From: Candidatus Nitrosymbiomonas proteolyticus | GTDB taxonomy: Bacteria; Armatimonadota; Fimbriimonadia; Fimbriimonadales; Fimbriimonadaceae | DNA length: 64,000 nucleotides | Direction of reading: 5' to 3' | Assembly (NCBI GenBank): GCA_017347465.1 | Contig: AP021858.1 | Span: forward strand, 1,256,472 to 1,320,471 | Shown here: positions 18,298-27,089 of the stretch, piece after piece | Layout of the letters: each line of letters opens with the position of its first letter | How positions within the stretch are numbered: the first letter of the stretch is position 1 | Notes under the pieces: generated by a model | What the model saw: only the letters and a program-made list of their open reading frames with translations | The model's database searches: none | What the model was told of the DNA's origin: nothing | Made by a program: the position numbers and the translations under genes

Positions 18298-18519
18298 GGG
18301 CACCCGGCACTCGGAAAGAATCCCTCACCCCCTGGCCCCCTCTCCCTCGGACGGGCGAGGGGGAGGTTCCTTCATTGTCCTGGTCGGCTCTGCGAGTCAG
18401 ACCGGGGCACCCGGCACCCGGAGTCCCTCACCCCCTGGCCCCCTCTCCCTCGGACGGGCGAGGGGGGATTTCCTTCATTGTCCCGGTCGGCTCTACGAGG
18501 CAGGCCGGGGCACCCGCGG
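18298..18519. repeat. tandem repeat, about 105-bp unit, 2.1 copies
   Basis: Units run 18298-18404, 18405-18507 and a partial third from 18508. Each contains the CCCTCG-GACGGG-CGAGGG hairpin and the GGGCACCCGGCAC motif. The overlapping ORFs look spurious. Confidence 0.8.
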
Positions 18520-18688
18520 TTCGTCTTCCCGGAGCGTTCGGTGCTCGATCGAAGCGAGATGCCTCGAGCGCGCTTCTTGGCGGAGACCCACACGCTCACT
18601 TCCGGTTTGATTCTGGGGACTCGGCAGTAATGCCTTATGGAGAACAACGTAGAGTTCGATGTGGCCAGCCCCCATTGTTGAAGACATC

Positions 18689-19519
18689 TTAAGAGTAGAC
18701 CTCCGCTGATGATATCCCAGCAGGGTTGGGGGGCAGGCAGGGCGTAGCCCGACTGAACTCCAGACTCTGCGCGGCCACCGCCGGGGGGCGATAGCCAAGC
18801 GACGAATGCGGCCGAACCTCGTTGTAGTAGCGACGGTAGATCGCCGTCTTCATCTGAGCGTCGGCCAGATTGACAAAGACCTCGACGTCGAGGTGATCCC
18901 GGCGCAGGGTCGAGTGGAACGACTCCACGAACCCGTTCTGCCAGGGTTTGCCCGGATCGATGAAGCGGCTGTTCGAACCGGATTCAGAGAGAAACACCGC
19001 GAGCAGCCGGGCAACGAACTCGCCGCCGTTGTCGCTCCGAACGAACCGGGGAGCCCCGCGATCGGCAAAGAGCGGAGCCAATACGTCGCGCACCTTGCGA
19101 GCATTGATCCGCGTCGCCACCTCCAGAGCCAGGCACTCCCGAGTGAACTCATCCTCCACCGAAAGCACCTTCAGCTTCGTTCCGCTCAGGCAGGAATCAT
19201 GGATAAAGTCCACCGTCCACACGTGGTTGGGATGCTCCGCCGACAGGGGAACCGGGTTCCCGGTCCGCTTCTTGCGATATCGCTTCTTGCGGCCGAGCCG
19301 CTCGTCCTTCCAGATTCGATGCACCCGCTTGAGGTTCAAGGGAGCGAACTCCTCCTTCACCAGGGCGTGCGCCATCCGGTAGCCCATGTTGGGCCGCCAG
19401 ACCCTCCTGAGTGCTTCCCTGAGCGCAGCGTCCCGGTCCGGCCCTGGCTCCTCATAAACAGCGCGAGTCGAGATCCCGGTCATCCAGCAAGCCCTGCGGA
19501 CCGTCATGTTCCGCTCCAT
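18689..19519 (-). CDS. IS3-family transposase OrfB (rve/DDE integrase core)
   Basis: HVWTVDFIHD, SDNGGEF and later conserved E and PHSSLGYRPP motifs. Expressed as an OrfAB fusion by -1 frameshift. Confidence 0.85.
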   Translation of the reverse strand: MERNMTVRRACWMTGISTRAVYEEPGPDRDAALREALRRVWRPNMGYRMAHALVKEEFAPLNLKRVHRIWKDERLGRKKRYRKKRTGNPVPLSAEHPNHVWTVDFIHDSCLSGTKLKVLSVEDEFTRECLALEVATRINARKVRDVLAPLFADRGAPRFVRSDNGGEFVARLLAVFLSESGSNSRFIDPGKPWQNGFVESFHSTLRRDHLDVEVFVNLADAQMKTAIYRRYYNEVRPHSSLGYRPPAVAAQSLEFSRATPCLPPNPAGISSAEVYS

Positions 19520-19824
19520 CAGGAATCGCGCCCCCGCGACGGGTTCGGGAGCGCGAGTCCGTTTTTTCGGAACAGCGCCCGTACCGCGTCGATCTCAAGG
19601 TCTCTTTCGGCAAGAAGACGCTTGAGCTGAGCGTTCTCCCGCTCGAGCTCGCGCAGATGCCGCACATCGTCTGTCTGCATCCCCGCGTACTTGCGCTTCC
19701 ACACGTAGAACGTGTTCGCGCTGACTCCGTGGTCGCGGCAAAGCTGGGCCTGCGTCTTCTGGCCCGATGCGGCCTCCTGCAGAATCCTCACGATCTGCTC
19801 CTCGGTGAACTTCGATCTCTTCAT
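19519..19824 (-). CDS. IS3-family transposase OrfA (HTH)
   Basis: MKRSKFTEEQIVRILQEA...TFYVWKRKY followed by a leucine-zipper-like ENAQLKRLLAE. Slippery AAAAAAC (plus-strand 19561-19567) near the 3' end. Confidence 0.85.
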   Translation of the reverse strand: MKRSKFTEEQIVRILQEAASGQKTQAQLCRDHGVSANTFYVWKRKYAGMQTDDVRHLRELERENAQLKRLLAERDLEIDAVRALFRKNGLALPNPSRGRDS

Positions 19825-19889
19825 GATTGCCTCCAGTTTGAACCAGAGGACTACTTTTTTGACGTCTTCAATTTTGGGGGGCAGACCAG

Positions 19890-20147
19890 ATGCACGTAAA
19901 GATCGAAGACTGGGAGAATGGTTGGTCCGGAATCAGCGTCGGTCTCGACCCCGACGAGATCGATCACTTCATCGAGCTTCTGAAAATGATCAAAGACGAC
20001 CCCGATCAACATTTCCATATCTGCAGCGACTACGAAGGAACCGGAGGCGTTGGAGATATCGAAATCTCAATTAGAAGCGAGAGCGAGGAACACAATATGG
20101 ATTTCTCGGGTCCCGCCTTGGCGCCTGGGGAAAGCATCGACATTTGA
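19890..20147 (+). CDS. small acidic hypothetical protein
   Basis: 85-aa ORF. Its ATG lies inside the right-hand copy of the IS target duplication. Highly acidic, no family recognised with confidence. Confidence 0.45.
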   Translation: MHVKIEDWENGWSGISVGLDPDEIDHFIELLKMIKDDPDQHFHICSDYEGTGGVGDIEISIRSESEEHNMDFSGPALAPGESIDI

Positions 20148-20286
20148 GGCATAACACGTCGCTCATGCTGGCGCCCGGGGCAGCGTTTCGAGGCATTGCG
20201 CGAAGGCATCTTTCATTCCTTGCGCCGAAGGACCCGGAACGCGCCCCTCGACCGCAAAACTCAGCCAACCCGACTATAATGCCTAC

Positions 20287-21372
20287 GTGCTGAGGACGAA
20301 AGTCGAAACCGACCCTCGATGGGCGGATCGAACCGAGCAGCCTTGGAAGGAGCTTCAATCGAAGGCCCTATCCGCCACGCCGTTCCAAACCTGGGAGTGG
20401 CAATCCACGTGGTTCCGTCACTTCCATGGAAGGCAGCACCCCCATGTTTGGACCGCTTACGAGGGCGACGACCTCGTGGCCCTGATGCCTTTCGTGCTTA
20501 CTCGCGCGCCTTGGCGAGTCCTCAAGCCGATGGGCGCCGGATGCTCCGACTATCTCGAACCGCTGGTCCGGCCCGGATATGAGAATCAGGCGAACCAGGC
20601 GCTCGTCGAGTACGTCAGCGACCCTGCCACCGCCGACCTGATCGACCTGCATCAACTGAGAGAGGGCTGTCCGTTGGTCTCCGACCTTCCGTCCGGCGGC
20701 GATCGCCCCAGCTTATTGGCCCCGCAGGCGACCTGCCTCAAACTCAATCTCCCTCCGACTTTCGAGGCGTACGCGCGCGGTCTGAGCAAGAGTCTGCGGT
20801 ATGACGTCAAGCGACTGGAGCGGATGGCCGAAGGGCGAGTCGAGGTCGTTTTGGCGGACCCACAGAGCGCGGAAGCGATGTTCCTTGAGTTCCTTTCGCA
20901 CCATCAGGCGAGATGGAAGCGGCGGGGACTTCCGGGCGCGTTCGTCGGCAAGCGCAGAAAGAGTTTTCATCGGGAATGGGTCGTCCGCGCGGCCGAGGCA
21001 GGGATGCTGCGGTTGGCGGGATTGCGGGTGGACGGAAACCCCGCGGGCGCTCTTTATGCGATGGTTTGGGGGAAATCCTGTTATTTTTACCAGTCCGGTT
21101 TCAGTCCTGAGTTCAAATCGCTGTCGCCTGGGACCCTACTCGTCGCGGACGCGATTCGGCGCTCGATCGACGAGGGGCTCGAGGCTTTCGACTTCTTGAG
21201 GGGTGACGAGCCCTATAAGAGAAGGTGGAAACCTCAGAACGTCGAAAAGAACTTGCGCTACCTTTCGGCAGCCCCGACCCTACCGGGCCGCCTGGCGCTT
21301 GCAGCGAGCGGGACCGGGTTCAAACTCGAAGGCCGACTTCGAGCGCGGTTCGAGGGTCGCGGGCTCGTCTGA
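20287..21372 (+). CDS. GNAT-type acetyltransferase (CelD/BcsL, FemAB-like)
   Basis: C-terminal YFYQSGF...SPGTLL...FDFLRGDEPYKRRW signature. GTG start with TATAAT 6 nt upstream. Confidence 0.7.
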   Translation: MLRTKVETDPRWADRTEQPWKELQSKALSATPFQTWEWQSTWFRHFHGRQHPHVWTAYEGDDLVALMPFVLTRAPWRVLKPMGAGCSDYLEPLVRPGYENQANQALVEYVSDPATADLIDLHQLREGCPLVSDLPSGGDRPSLLAPQATCLKLNLPPTFEAYARGLSKSLRYDVKRLERMAEGRVEVVLADPQSAEAMFLEFLSHHQARWKRRGLPGAFVGKRRKSFHREWVVRAAEAGMLRLAGLRVDGNPAGALYAMVWGKSCYFYQSGFSPEFKSLSPGTLLVADAIRRSIDEGLEAFDFLRGDEPYKRRWKPQNVEKNLRYLSAAPTLPGRLALAASGTGFKLEGRLRARFEGRGLV

Positions 21373-21431
21373 GTGGGTCTTTCGGGGCACTTGCGGCAAC
21401 GCGGTGCTGTCTTGTAAGGTTAGAACGTTCG

Positions 21432-22166
21432 ATGGTCGCAGTCATCATTCCGGCTTTCAATGAAGGGGCTCGCATTCGAGCCGTGTTGGAAGCCGTCCGC
21501 GGCTCGTCGCTTCCCGATGAGATTATCGTTGTGAACGACGCGAGCACGGACAACACGTCTGCGGTTGCGAAGTCGATCGAAGGGGTTCGAGTGATCGAAC
21601 TGCCCCGCAACGCGGGAAAGGGCGGGGCGATGGCGGCTGGCGTCGAGGCCACTCAGGCTGACGTGCTGCTGTTTATCGACGCCGATTTGCAGGGCGTCCG
21701 GCCGGAGCATATCGACGCGATTCTCAAACCCGTGCTCAACCGGCGTTGCGAAATGTGCATCGGCGTGTTTCGAGGAGGCAAGTTCTGGAGCACCAGCGCC
21801 CATCGCGTCGCGCCCTACATCAGCGGCCAGCGGGCGATGAGACGCTCGCTGTTTCTCTCGATTCCCCACATCGGCGAGCTTCGCATGGGGATCGAGGTCG
21901 CGCTCAACGCGGCCGCCAAACGCTCCAACTCCCGTGTGGCACGAGTTGTGCTAAGGGGAGTCAGTAACACGCACAAAGAGCGGAAGATGGGAATCGTGCG
22001 AGGCGCTGCCGCTAGGGCCAAGATGTGGGCTGAAATCGGCAGAGCCGTCGTGCGGGTCCGCCGAAAAAAAAAACGCGCGGTGGCGTCGGACGTAACATGC
22101 TCACAGCGATCTTGGTCGGTCTTTCGATCGGGTGCGCTTCGAACCCGAAGTCGCCCGCGGCGATAG
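21432..22166 (+). CDS. family 2 glycosyltransferase
   Basis: MVAVIIPAFNE, VVNDASTDNT and FIDADL (DxD) motifs. The 3' end crosses an A10 run and overlaps the next gene by 70 nt. Confidence 0.8.
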   Translation: MVAVIIPAFNEGARIRAVLEAVRGSSLPDEIIVVNDASTDNTSAVAKSIEGVRVIELPRNAGKGGAMAAGVEATQADVLLFIDADLQGVRPEHIDAILKPVLNRRCEMCIGVFRGGKFWSTSAHRVAPYISGQRAMRRSLFLSIPHIGELRMGIEVALNAAAKRSNSRVARVVLRGVSNTHKERKMGIVRGAAARAKMWAEIGRAVVRVRRKKKRAVASDVTCSQRSWSVFRSGALRTRSRPRR

Positions 22167-23260
22167 CGGAACTCGGCGTCAGCCTGCAAGAGGCACCTGC
22201 CGAGTCGAAGCGCGTCCTCGTCGTCATCAACAAGAAGAGCGACGAGAGCCGGCTCATCGGCGAGTACTACATTTACCGCCGCAAGATCCCCCAGAGCAAT
22301 GTCCTCCTTCTCGACCTGCCGGTTACCGACAACATCGAATGGAACCCGTACCTGGATCTCCTTGAATCAAGGGTGAAAAAGAAGATCGAGGGGCTCTCCC
22401 ACCGGATCGATTTCATCGTTCTGTGCAAGGGCGTGCCGATCCGCCTGAGGAGCGATGGGGGCTATTCGGTCGACGGCCACTTGGCTGCGATGAACCTTGC
22501 CTTTGAGCCGATCGCCAAGCCCGAACCCGAGCAGATCAAGCGGTGCCTCAACCCGTACTTCAACAAAGCGGAGCCGTTCTCCAGCGCAAAATACGGTTTC
22601 TATCTCGTCACGCGGCTCGACGGGTACACGGTCGATCACGTCAAGCGCCTCATCGATCAATCGGTCAACGGGCGCCCGAATCAGGGACCTTTCCTGCTCG
22701 ACCAAGACCCCACGAAGACCGAGGGCGGCTACAAAATGATGCACGACTCCCTCGTTCGGGCAGCGAAGGTCCTGCAGCAGAAGGGTTTTGAGGTCAATTC
22801 AGACGAGACCCCCGTGTTTGTGGGGAGTAGCTGGCCCGTTGCGGGCTATGCGAGTTGGGGGAGCAACGACAAGAAGTTCAACGCGGACGTCTATCGCGGC
22901 CTGAGGTTCTTGCCCGGAGCGATCGCCGAGACGTTCGTTTCGACCAGCGCCCGGACGTTTCAAGTCGTTTCGAGCGGCCAAAGCGTGATCTCGGACCTAG
23001 TCGCGGGCGGCGTGACGGGGGTCAAGGGGTACGTCAGCGAACCCTACACGTTCGCGCTGGCCTACCCGGACGTCCTCTTTGACCGCTACACGGGCGGGTT
23101 CAATCTTGCCGAGAGCTTTTACATGGCTTCGATGGTGCTGAAATGGAAAGACATCGTGGTCGGCGACCCGCTCTGCAGCCCGTATTCAAAGAAGTCCTCG
23201 GGCGCTAGCTCTCTCGGCGAAGGAGAACCAAAAGAAAGGGAGCCCCTAGGAGCGCGGTGA
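22097..23260 (+). CDS. conserved hypothetical lipoprotein (possibly TIGR03790 family)
   Basis: Lipobox-like LSIGCAS. 387 aa. The family guess is from memory of the pattern and is unverified. Confidence 0.55.
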   Translation: MLTAILVGLSIGCASNPKSPAAIAELGVSLQEAPAESKRVLVVINKKSDESRLIGEYYIYRRKIPQSNVLLLDLPVTDNIEWNPYLDLLESRVKKKIEGLSHRIDFIVLCKGVPIRLRSDGGYSVDGHLAAMNLAFEPIAKPEPEQIKRCLNPYFNKAEPFSSAKYGFYLVTRLDGYTVDHVKRLIDQSVNGRPNQGPFLLDQDPTKTEGGYKMMHDSLVRAAKVLQQKGFEVNSDETPVFVGSSWPVAGYASWGSNDKKFNADVYRGLRFLPGAIAETFVSTSARTFQVVSSGQSVISDLVAGGVTGVKGYVSEPYTFALAYPDVLFDRYTGGFNLAESFYMASMVLKWKDIVVGDPLCSPYSKKSSGASSLGEGEPKEREPLGAR

Positions 23261-24242
23261 CGACTCCGACCGGTACTTCGCCTCCCGGCAGGCCCCATTG
23301 AGCCACCACATCGGCGCAGAGTAATAGGGACATCCCGATCAGGGCCGATCCGGCTAGCGAGCGCCGCCAGTCCACGCCCACCACTCGACGGGCGATGTGG
23401 GGAGCGACGAGCCCCAAAAAACCGATGATCCCGACGGATCCCACGCAAACCGCCGTCATCGCCGTGCCCGTGACCAAGACGGTTGGCTTGAGCTTGCGAG
23501 TATCGACTCCGAGGCGCTGGGCCGTGTGTTCACCAAGAGAAAGCGCGTTCAGACTTTTCGATTGAAGGAGCAAGAGCGCGCCTCCAACCAGAAGCGCAAC
23601 GGCCATAGCGTAGATCTTCGGCCAGTACATCGGGGTCGCCGATCCGAGCAGCCACCGGAGCACCTGATTGGCGTCGAGCCCGCCCGCCATCAACAGCAGC
23701 GCGAGCACCGCCGATAGCATCGCGCCGACCACCACCCCTGAGAGGAGGAGCGTCTGTACGTCCACCGCTCCTTTGCTGGTCGCGAGGGAAAACACGAGAC
23801 CGAGCGAGAGCATCCCGCAGACGAAGGAGGCCGCCAACAGCCCCAAGCCCGCCGCCACGCCCGCAAAGCCCAAAAGGATCGCAAGCGCGCCGCCCACCGC
23901 CGACCCCGATGACACCCCCACGATGAACGGGTCAGCAAGAGGGTTGCGGAAGAGCGATTGAAACGCCGAGCCCACCACCCCCAACAAGCCTCCGGCCAAC
24001 AAACACCCGAGCGCGCGCGGCAGCCGGATGAGCCAGATGATGTCGTTGCCGGTCGTGGTGTCGGGCATCCGGCCCCGAAATAGCTCCGAAACCACCTCCC
24101 ACGGCGTCAGGCGAAGTCCGAGTCCTCCCGAGGAACTGCCGAGGCCCAGGTGCAATACGAAAGCGACACCTACGAGCGCGAGAAGCAACACGAGCGTGCC
24201 GAAAAGGCTGGGGGATCGGTCCGTAGCTCGAAGCGCCACCAC
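23205..24242 (-). CDS. FecCD-family iron/siderophore/cobalamin ABC transporter permease
   Basis: 345 aa, about 9-10 TM helices. Typical RLPRALGCLLAGGLLGVVGSAFQSLFRNPLADP motif. Confidence 0.85.
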   Translation of the reverse strand: MVALRATDRSPSLFGTLVLLLALVGVAFVLHLGLGSSSGGLGLRLTPWEVVSELFRGRMPDTTTGNDIIWLIRLPRALGCLLAGGLLGVVGSAFQSLFRNPLADPFIVGVSSGSAVGGALAILLGFAGVAAGLGLLAASFVCGMLSLGLVFSLATSKGAVDVQTLLLSGVVVGAMLSAVLALLLMAGGLDANQVLRWLLGSATPMYWPKIYAMAVALLVGGALLLLQSKSLNALSLGEHTAQRLGVDTRKLKPTVLVTGTAMTAVCVGSVGIIGFLGLVAPHIARRVVGVDWRRSLAGSALIGMSLLLCADVVAQWGLPGGEVPVGVVTALLGAPFLLVLLRRES

Positions 24243-24275
24243 AGGGGGGATTATAGCCCTCGGTATACTCAGCGG

Positions 24276-25469
24276 GTGAAGTCGGTGAACCTATCGAGCC
24301 GAGCTTCCCAGATTGCGCCTTCACCGACTCTGGCGGTGGCTGCGCGGGCCCGCGAACTCAAAGCCCAAGGGATCGACGTGATCAGTCTGGCCGCTGGGGA
24401 ACCGGATTTTGCCACGCCTGCCCCTGTCTGTGAGGCGGCGATCGCGGCGCTCAAGTCCGGGTACACGAAGTACACCCCAACCGCTGGCATCGGCGAACTC
24501 CGGGCGGCGATCGCGGAAAAGCTCCAACGCGACAACGGCGTGCCCTCTTCGCCGGGCCAAGTCGTGGTCTCGTGCGGGGCGAAACAAGCGGTCTTCGGCG
24601 CCCTGTTCTCGCTCCTCGACCCCGGGGACGAGGTGATCCTCTTTGCTCCCTACTGGCCGACGTACACCGAGCAGATTCGGCTTGCGGGCGGGATTCCGAG
24701 GGTAGTTCGGTGCTCCAGCGAAGCGGGGTTTCTGCCCGACTTCGAAGCGGTATCCGAAGCGGTCAATGCCCGAACGAAAGCAATCCTGCTCAATTCGCCC
24801 TGCAACCCGACCGGCGCCGTCTTTCCTCGGCAGACCCTCGAACGAATCGCGCTCCTTTCAGAGCAGCACGGCCTTTGGATCATCTCGGACGAGATCTATG
24901 AGAAGCTCTACTTCGGCGAGCGGCCGCTAAGCCCGGCGTCGTTGGGTGAGCAGGTCGCTGGGCGGACCGTCACCATCGGCGGGTGCAGCAAGTCGTATTC
25001 GATGACGGGATGGAGGATCGGATACTCTTCGAGCCCGCCCGCGGTCGCCCAAGCGATATGCGCTTTGCAGGATCAGGTGAACGGCAACGCGACGAGCTTC
25101 GCGCAGTACGGCGCGTTGGCGGCCCTGAGCCTCCCCGAGAACGAAGTCGCCCGAATGCGCGAGGAGTTCCGCGTGAGGAGAGATCTCGCCCTCCTCGAAG
25201 TAGCCTCGATCGACGGGATGTCGTGTCATCCTCCGAGCGGGGCTTTCTACCTCTTGATCGATGTGCGGAGCCTTCTCACGCCTCGATTCGATTCTGACGT
25301 AGCGTTCTGCGAGTGGTTGATCGAGGAGGCTCGGGTGGCCACCGTACCGGGCTCGGCCTTCGACGCCCCCGGGTTCTTGCGACTGAGCTTCGCCACGAGC
25401 CGCGAAGAACTCACTGAGGCCTTCGCCAGAATCCGCGACGCCGTAGAATCGCTCAAGGTCCCTCAATGA
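24276..25469 (+). CDS. pyridoxal-phosphate-dependent aminotransferase (aspartate aminotransferase class I)
   Basis: GEPDF, NSPCNPTG, and SKSYSMTGWRIGY containing the PLP lysine. GTG start chosen because TATACT lies 6 nt upstream. The longer ORF overlaps the permease gene. Confidence 0.85.
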   Translation: MKSVNLSSRASQIAPSPTLAVAARARELKAQGIDVISLAAGEPDFATPAPVCEAAIAALKSGYTKYTPTAGIGELRAAIAEKLQRDNGVPSSPGQVVVSCGAKQAVFGALFSLLDPGDEVILFAPYWPTYTEQIRLAGGIPRVVRCSSEAGFLPDFEAVSEAVNARTKAILLNSPCNPTGAVFPRQTLERIALLSEQHGLWIISDEIYEKLYFGERPLSPASLGEQVAGRTVTIGGCSKSYSMTGWRIGYSSSPPAVAQAICALQDQVNGNATSFAQYGALAALSLPENEVARMREEFRVRRDLALLEVASIDGMSCHPPSGAFYLLIDVRSLLTPRFDSDVAFCEWLIEEARVATVPGSAFDAPGFLRLSFATSREELTEAFARIRDAVESLKVPQ

Positions 25470-26170
25470 TTCCTAGGTCGATTCCCCTGAAGGACCCCGA
25501 ACTCTTCCGCCTTGCGATGAGGCACCGTTCCGCAGCGCAAAACACCGTCGCTGAGAGTTACGAGCGCTTGGAGTTCTTTGGCGACTCGGTGCTGGGCCTG
25601 GTCATCGCCGAGTACCTCTACGAAAACCATCCCGCCTGGGATCAGGGGATGCTGAGCAAGGCGAAGTCGAGCGTGGTCCAAGAAGGTCCGCTTGCAGAAA
25701 CCGCGCTCCGGCTCGGCCTCGGCCAGTTCATCGAACTCAGCGCCAGCGAGGACTCCCCCGACGGGCGGCAGCGCCCTTCGATCCTCTCCGACGTGTTTGA
25801 GGCGCTGATCGGAGCCATTTACTTGGAGTCCGGCCTTCAGGTGGCGCGATGGTTCATTCTCGAGCAGCTTCACGACCACCTGATGCAAGTCCGCACAGGG
25901 GACGTGAGCCCTCACGATTACAAGTCCAAGCTCCAAGAGGCCGCCCAAGCGATTTGGCACAAGACCCCGACGTATCGGGTCGTGCAAGAGTACGGCGCGT
26001 CGCACGAGCGGAAGTTCCGAGTTCAAGTTCTGTTCGATTCGGAGATCATGGGCGAGGGCGTGGGACGCTCGAAGAAGGAAGGTGAGCAGGCCGCGGCTCA
26101 AGACGCGCTCAACCTGATTCTGCGCGCACAGCAAGCCCGGCAGATCGCTCTCGAAGATCGGGGGCTGTAG
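25466..26170 (+). CDS. rnc: ribonuclease III
   Basis: ERLEFFGDSVLGLVIAEYLY signature plus a C-terminal dsRBD (GEGVGRSKKEGEQAAAQ). ATGA overlap with the upstream stop. Confidence 0.9.
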   Translation: MIPRSIPLKDPELFRLAMRHRSAAQNTVAESYERLEFFGDSVLGLVIAEYLYENHPAWDQGMLSKAKSSVVQEGPLAETALRLGLGQFIELSASEDSPDGRQRPSILSDVFEALIGAIYLESGLQVARWFILEQLHDHLMQVRTGDVSPHDYKSKLQEAAQAIWHKTPTYRVVQEYGASHERKFRVQVLFDSEIMGEGVGRSKKEGEQAAAQDALNLILRAQQARQIALEDRGL

Positions 26171-26321
26171 GTCGCAGGTGTTCTTGTTAGGATTCCACTT
26201 TGGTTCCGGCCTTGGCATTGGAACTGCTTTGATTGAATTGAAGTCTGAATACTTGATTGAAACGTAAATCGTGCGCGTTTCACTAGTGGTGTTCAGAAGG
26301 AGCAAGGATTTGCTGGTTCGC

Positions 26322-27089
26322 ATGAGTAGGTTATTTGTTTGGGTTGGCCTCCTGGGGGCGGTGGCTATTGCGACCGCTCAAGTGCCGCCGAATGCGTTTC
26401 TCAACAAGCCCGTAAAGACGCATCGCTCGCTTATGAATCAAGTGAGGTCGGATGCGGCCGTGCTAGATCGCTACGTGCGCCACTTCGCAATGACGCCGGC
26501 GGAGCTGTTTGCCTACTTTGAGGAACTCAAGATCACCCAGCTTAAAGAGACCGGGACGTACGACGTGTATGCGGTCCCCAGCTCGGGCGTCATCCGGGCG
26601 AAGAAGCGAGTTCTCAAGCGCGGAGAGTGGGTCGTGTCCGATCCCTCGGGGCAACCCGTTTTGCTGCTCGAATGCGGCAATCCACTGACTCGCGGGCCCA
26701 AAGAGCCGTTCGTCATGACCAACGTGTCCGACATGCTGGTGGCTGCCAGGCCGGACCTCTTGCCTTTGGCTGTGGTGCCGAAGACCGAGACGGAGACGAC
26801 GCTTCTGACGACGATGGTCATGCCTGACCTCTCTCCGATCCCGGTCGCGCCGGCTCCGCTCGAACCCACGCCGATGCCGCGCGAAGTCGCGACGCCTTCT
26901 TCTGAGGCCGAGGGCCAGTTCGGGCCGGTGAACGGGTTGGTCTCTCTCTTGCCGGCGGTCTACGTGATCGGCGCGGTCAACTTTGGCGACGGCGGGCAGC
27001 CGATCCCTGAGCCCGCCTCCTTGCTCGCGCTGGGATTGGGCTTCGGGACCTTGCTCAAATTGCAGCGAAGGCGCTCGACGAAGAGTTAG
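26322..27089 (+). CDS. PEP-CTERM sorting-domain protein
   Basis: Signal peptide MSRLFVWVGLLGAVAIATAQ. C-terminal PEPASLLALGLGFGTLLKLQRRR (PEP motif, TM helix and basic tail). Confidence 0.75.
   Translation: MSRLFVWVGLLGAVAIATAQVPPNAFLNKPVKTHRSLMNQVRSDAAVLDRYVRHFAMTPAELFAYFEELKITQLKETGTYDVYAVPSSGVIRAKKRVLKRGEWVVSDPSGQPVLLLECGNPLTRGPKEPFVMTNVSDMLVAARPDLLPLAVVPKTETETTLLTTMVMPDLSPIPVAPAPLEPTPMPREVATPSSEAEGQFGPVNGLVSLLPAVYVIGAVNFGDGGQPIPEPASLLALGLGFGTLLKLQRRRSTKS

Larger units (their letters stand above)
18662..19888 (-). mobile_element. IS3-family insertion sequence (1227 bp) with 4-bp target duplication GATG
   Basis: Terminal inverted repeats TGGCCAGCCCCCATTGTTGAAGAC and TGGTCTGCCCCCCAAAATTGAAGAC. 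GATG at 18658-18661 and 19889-19892. orfA and orfB with an A6C slippery site. Confidence 0.85.

Noticed and set aside
18298-18519. The 105-bp tandem units as homogeneous attC sites, in the manner of a superintegron array
   Set aside because: They have no RYYYAAC or GTTRRRY boxes at the unit boundaries and no ORFs between units.
18019-18661. A third gene cassette containing coding sequence (ORFs 18266-18610, 18270-18692 and 18140-18328)
   Set aside because: The translations are Pro/Gly/Arg/Ser-rich products of the tandem repeat read in different frames. There is no credible start context or domain.
20148-20290. Third attC site after the 85-aa ORF (GGCATAAC ... GTTTCGA)
   Set aside because: The R''-like box deviates from RYYYAAC, and the two arms do not pair beyond GCTG/CAGC. 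By eye there is not enough structure to call an attC.
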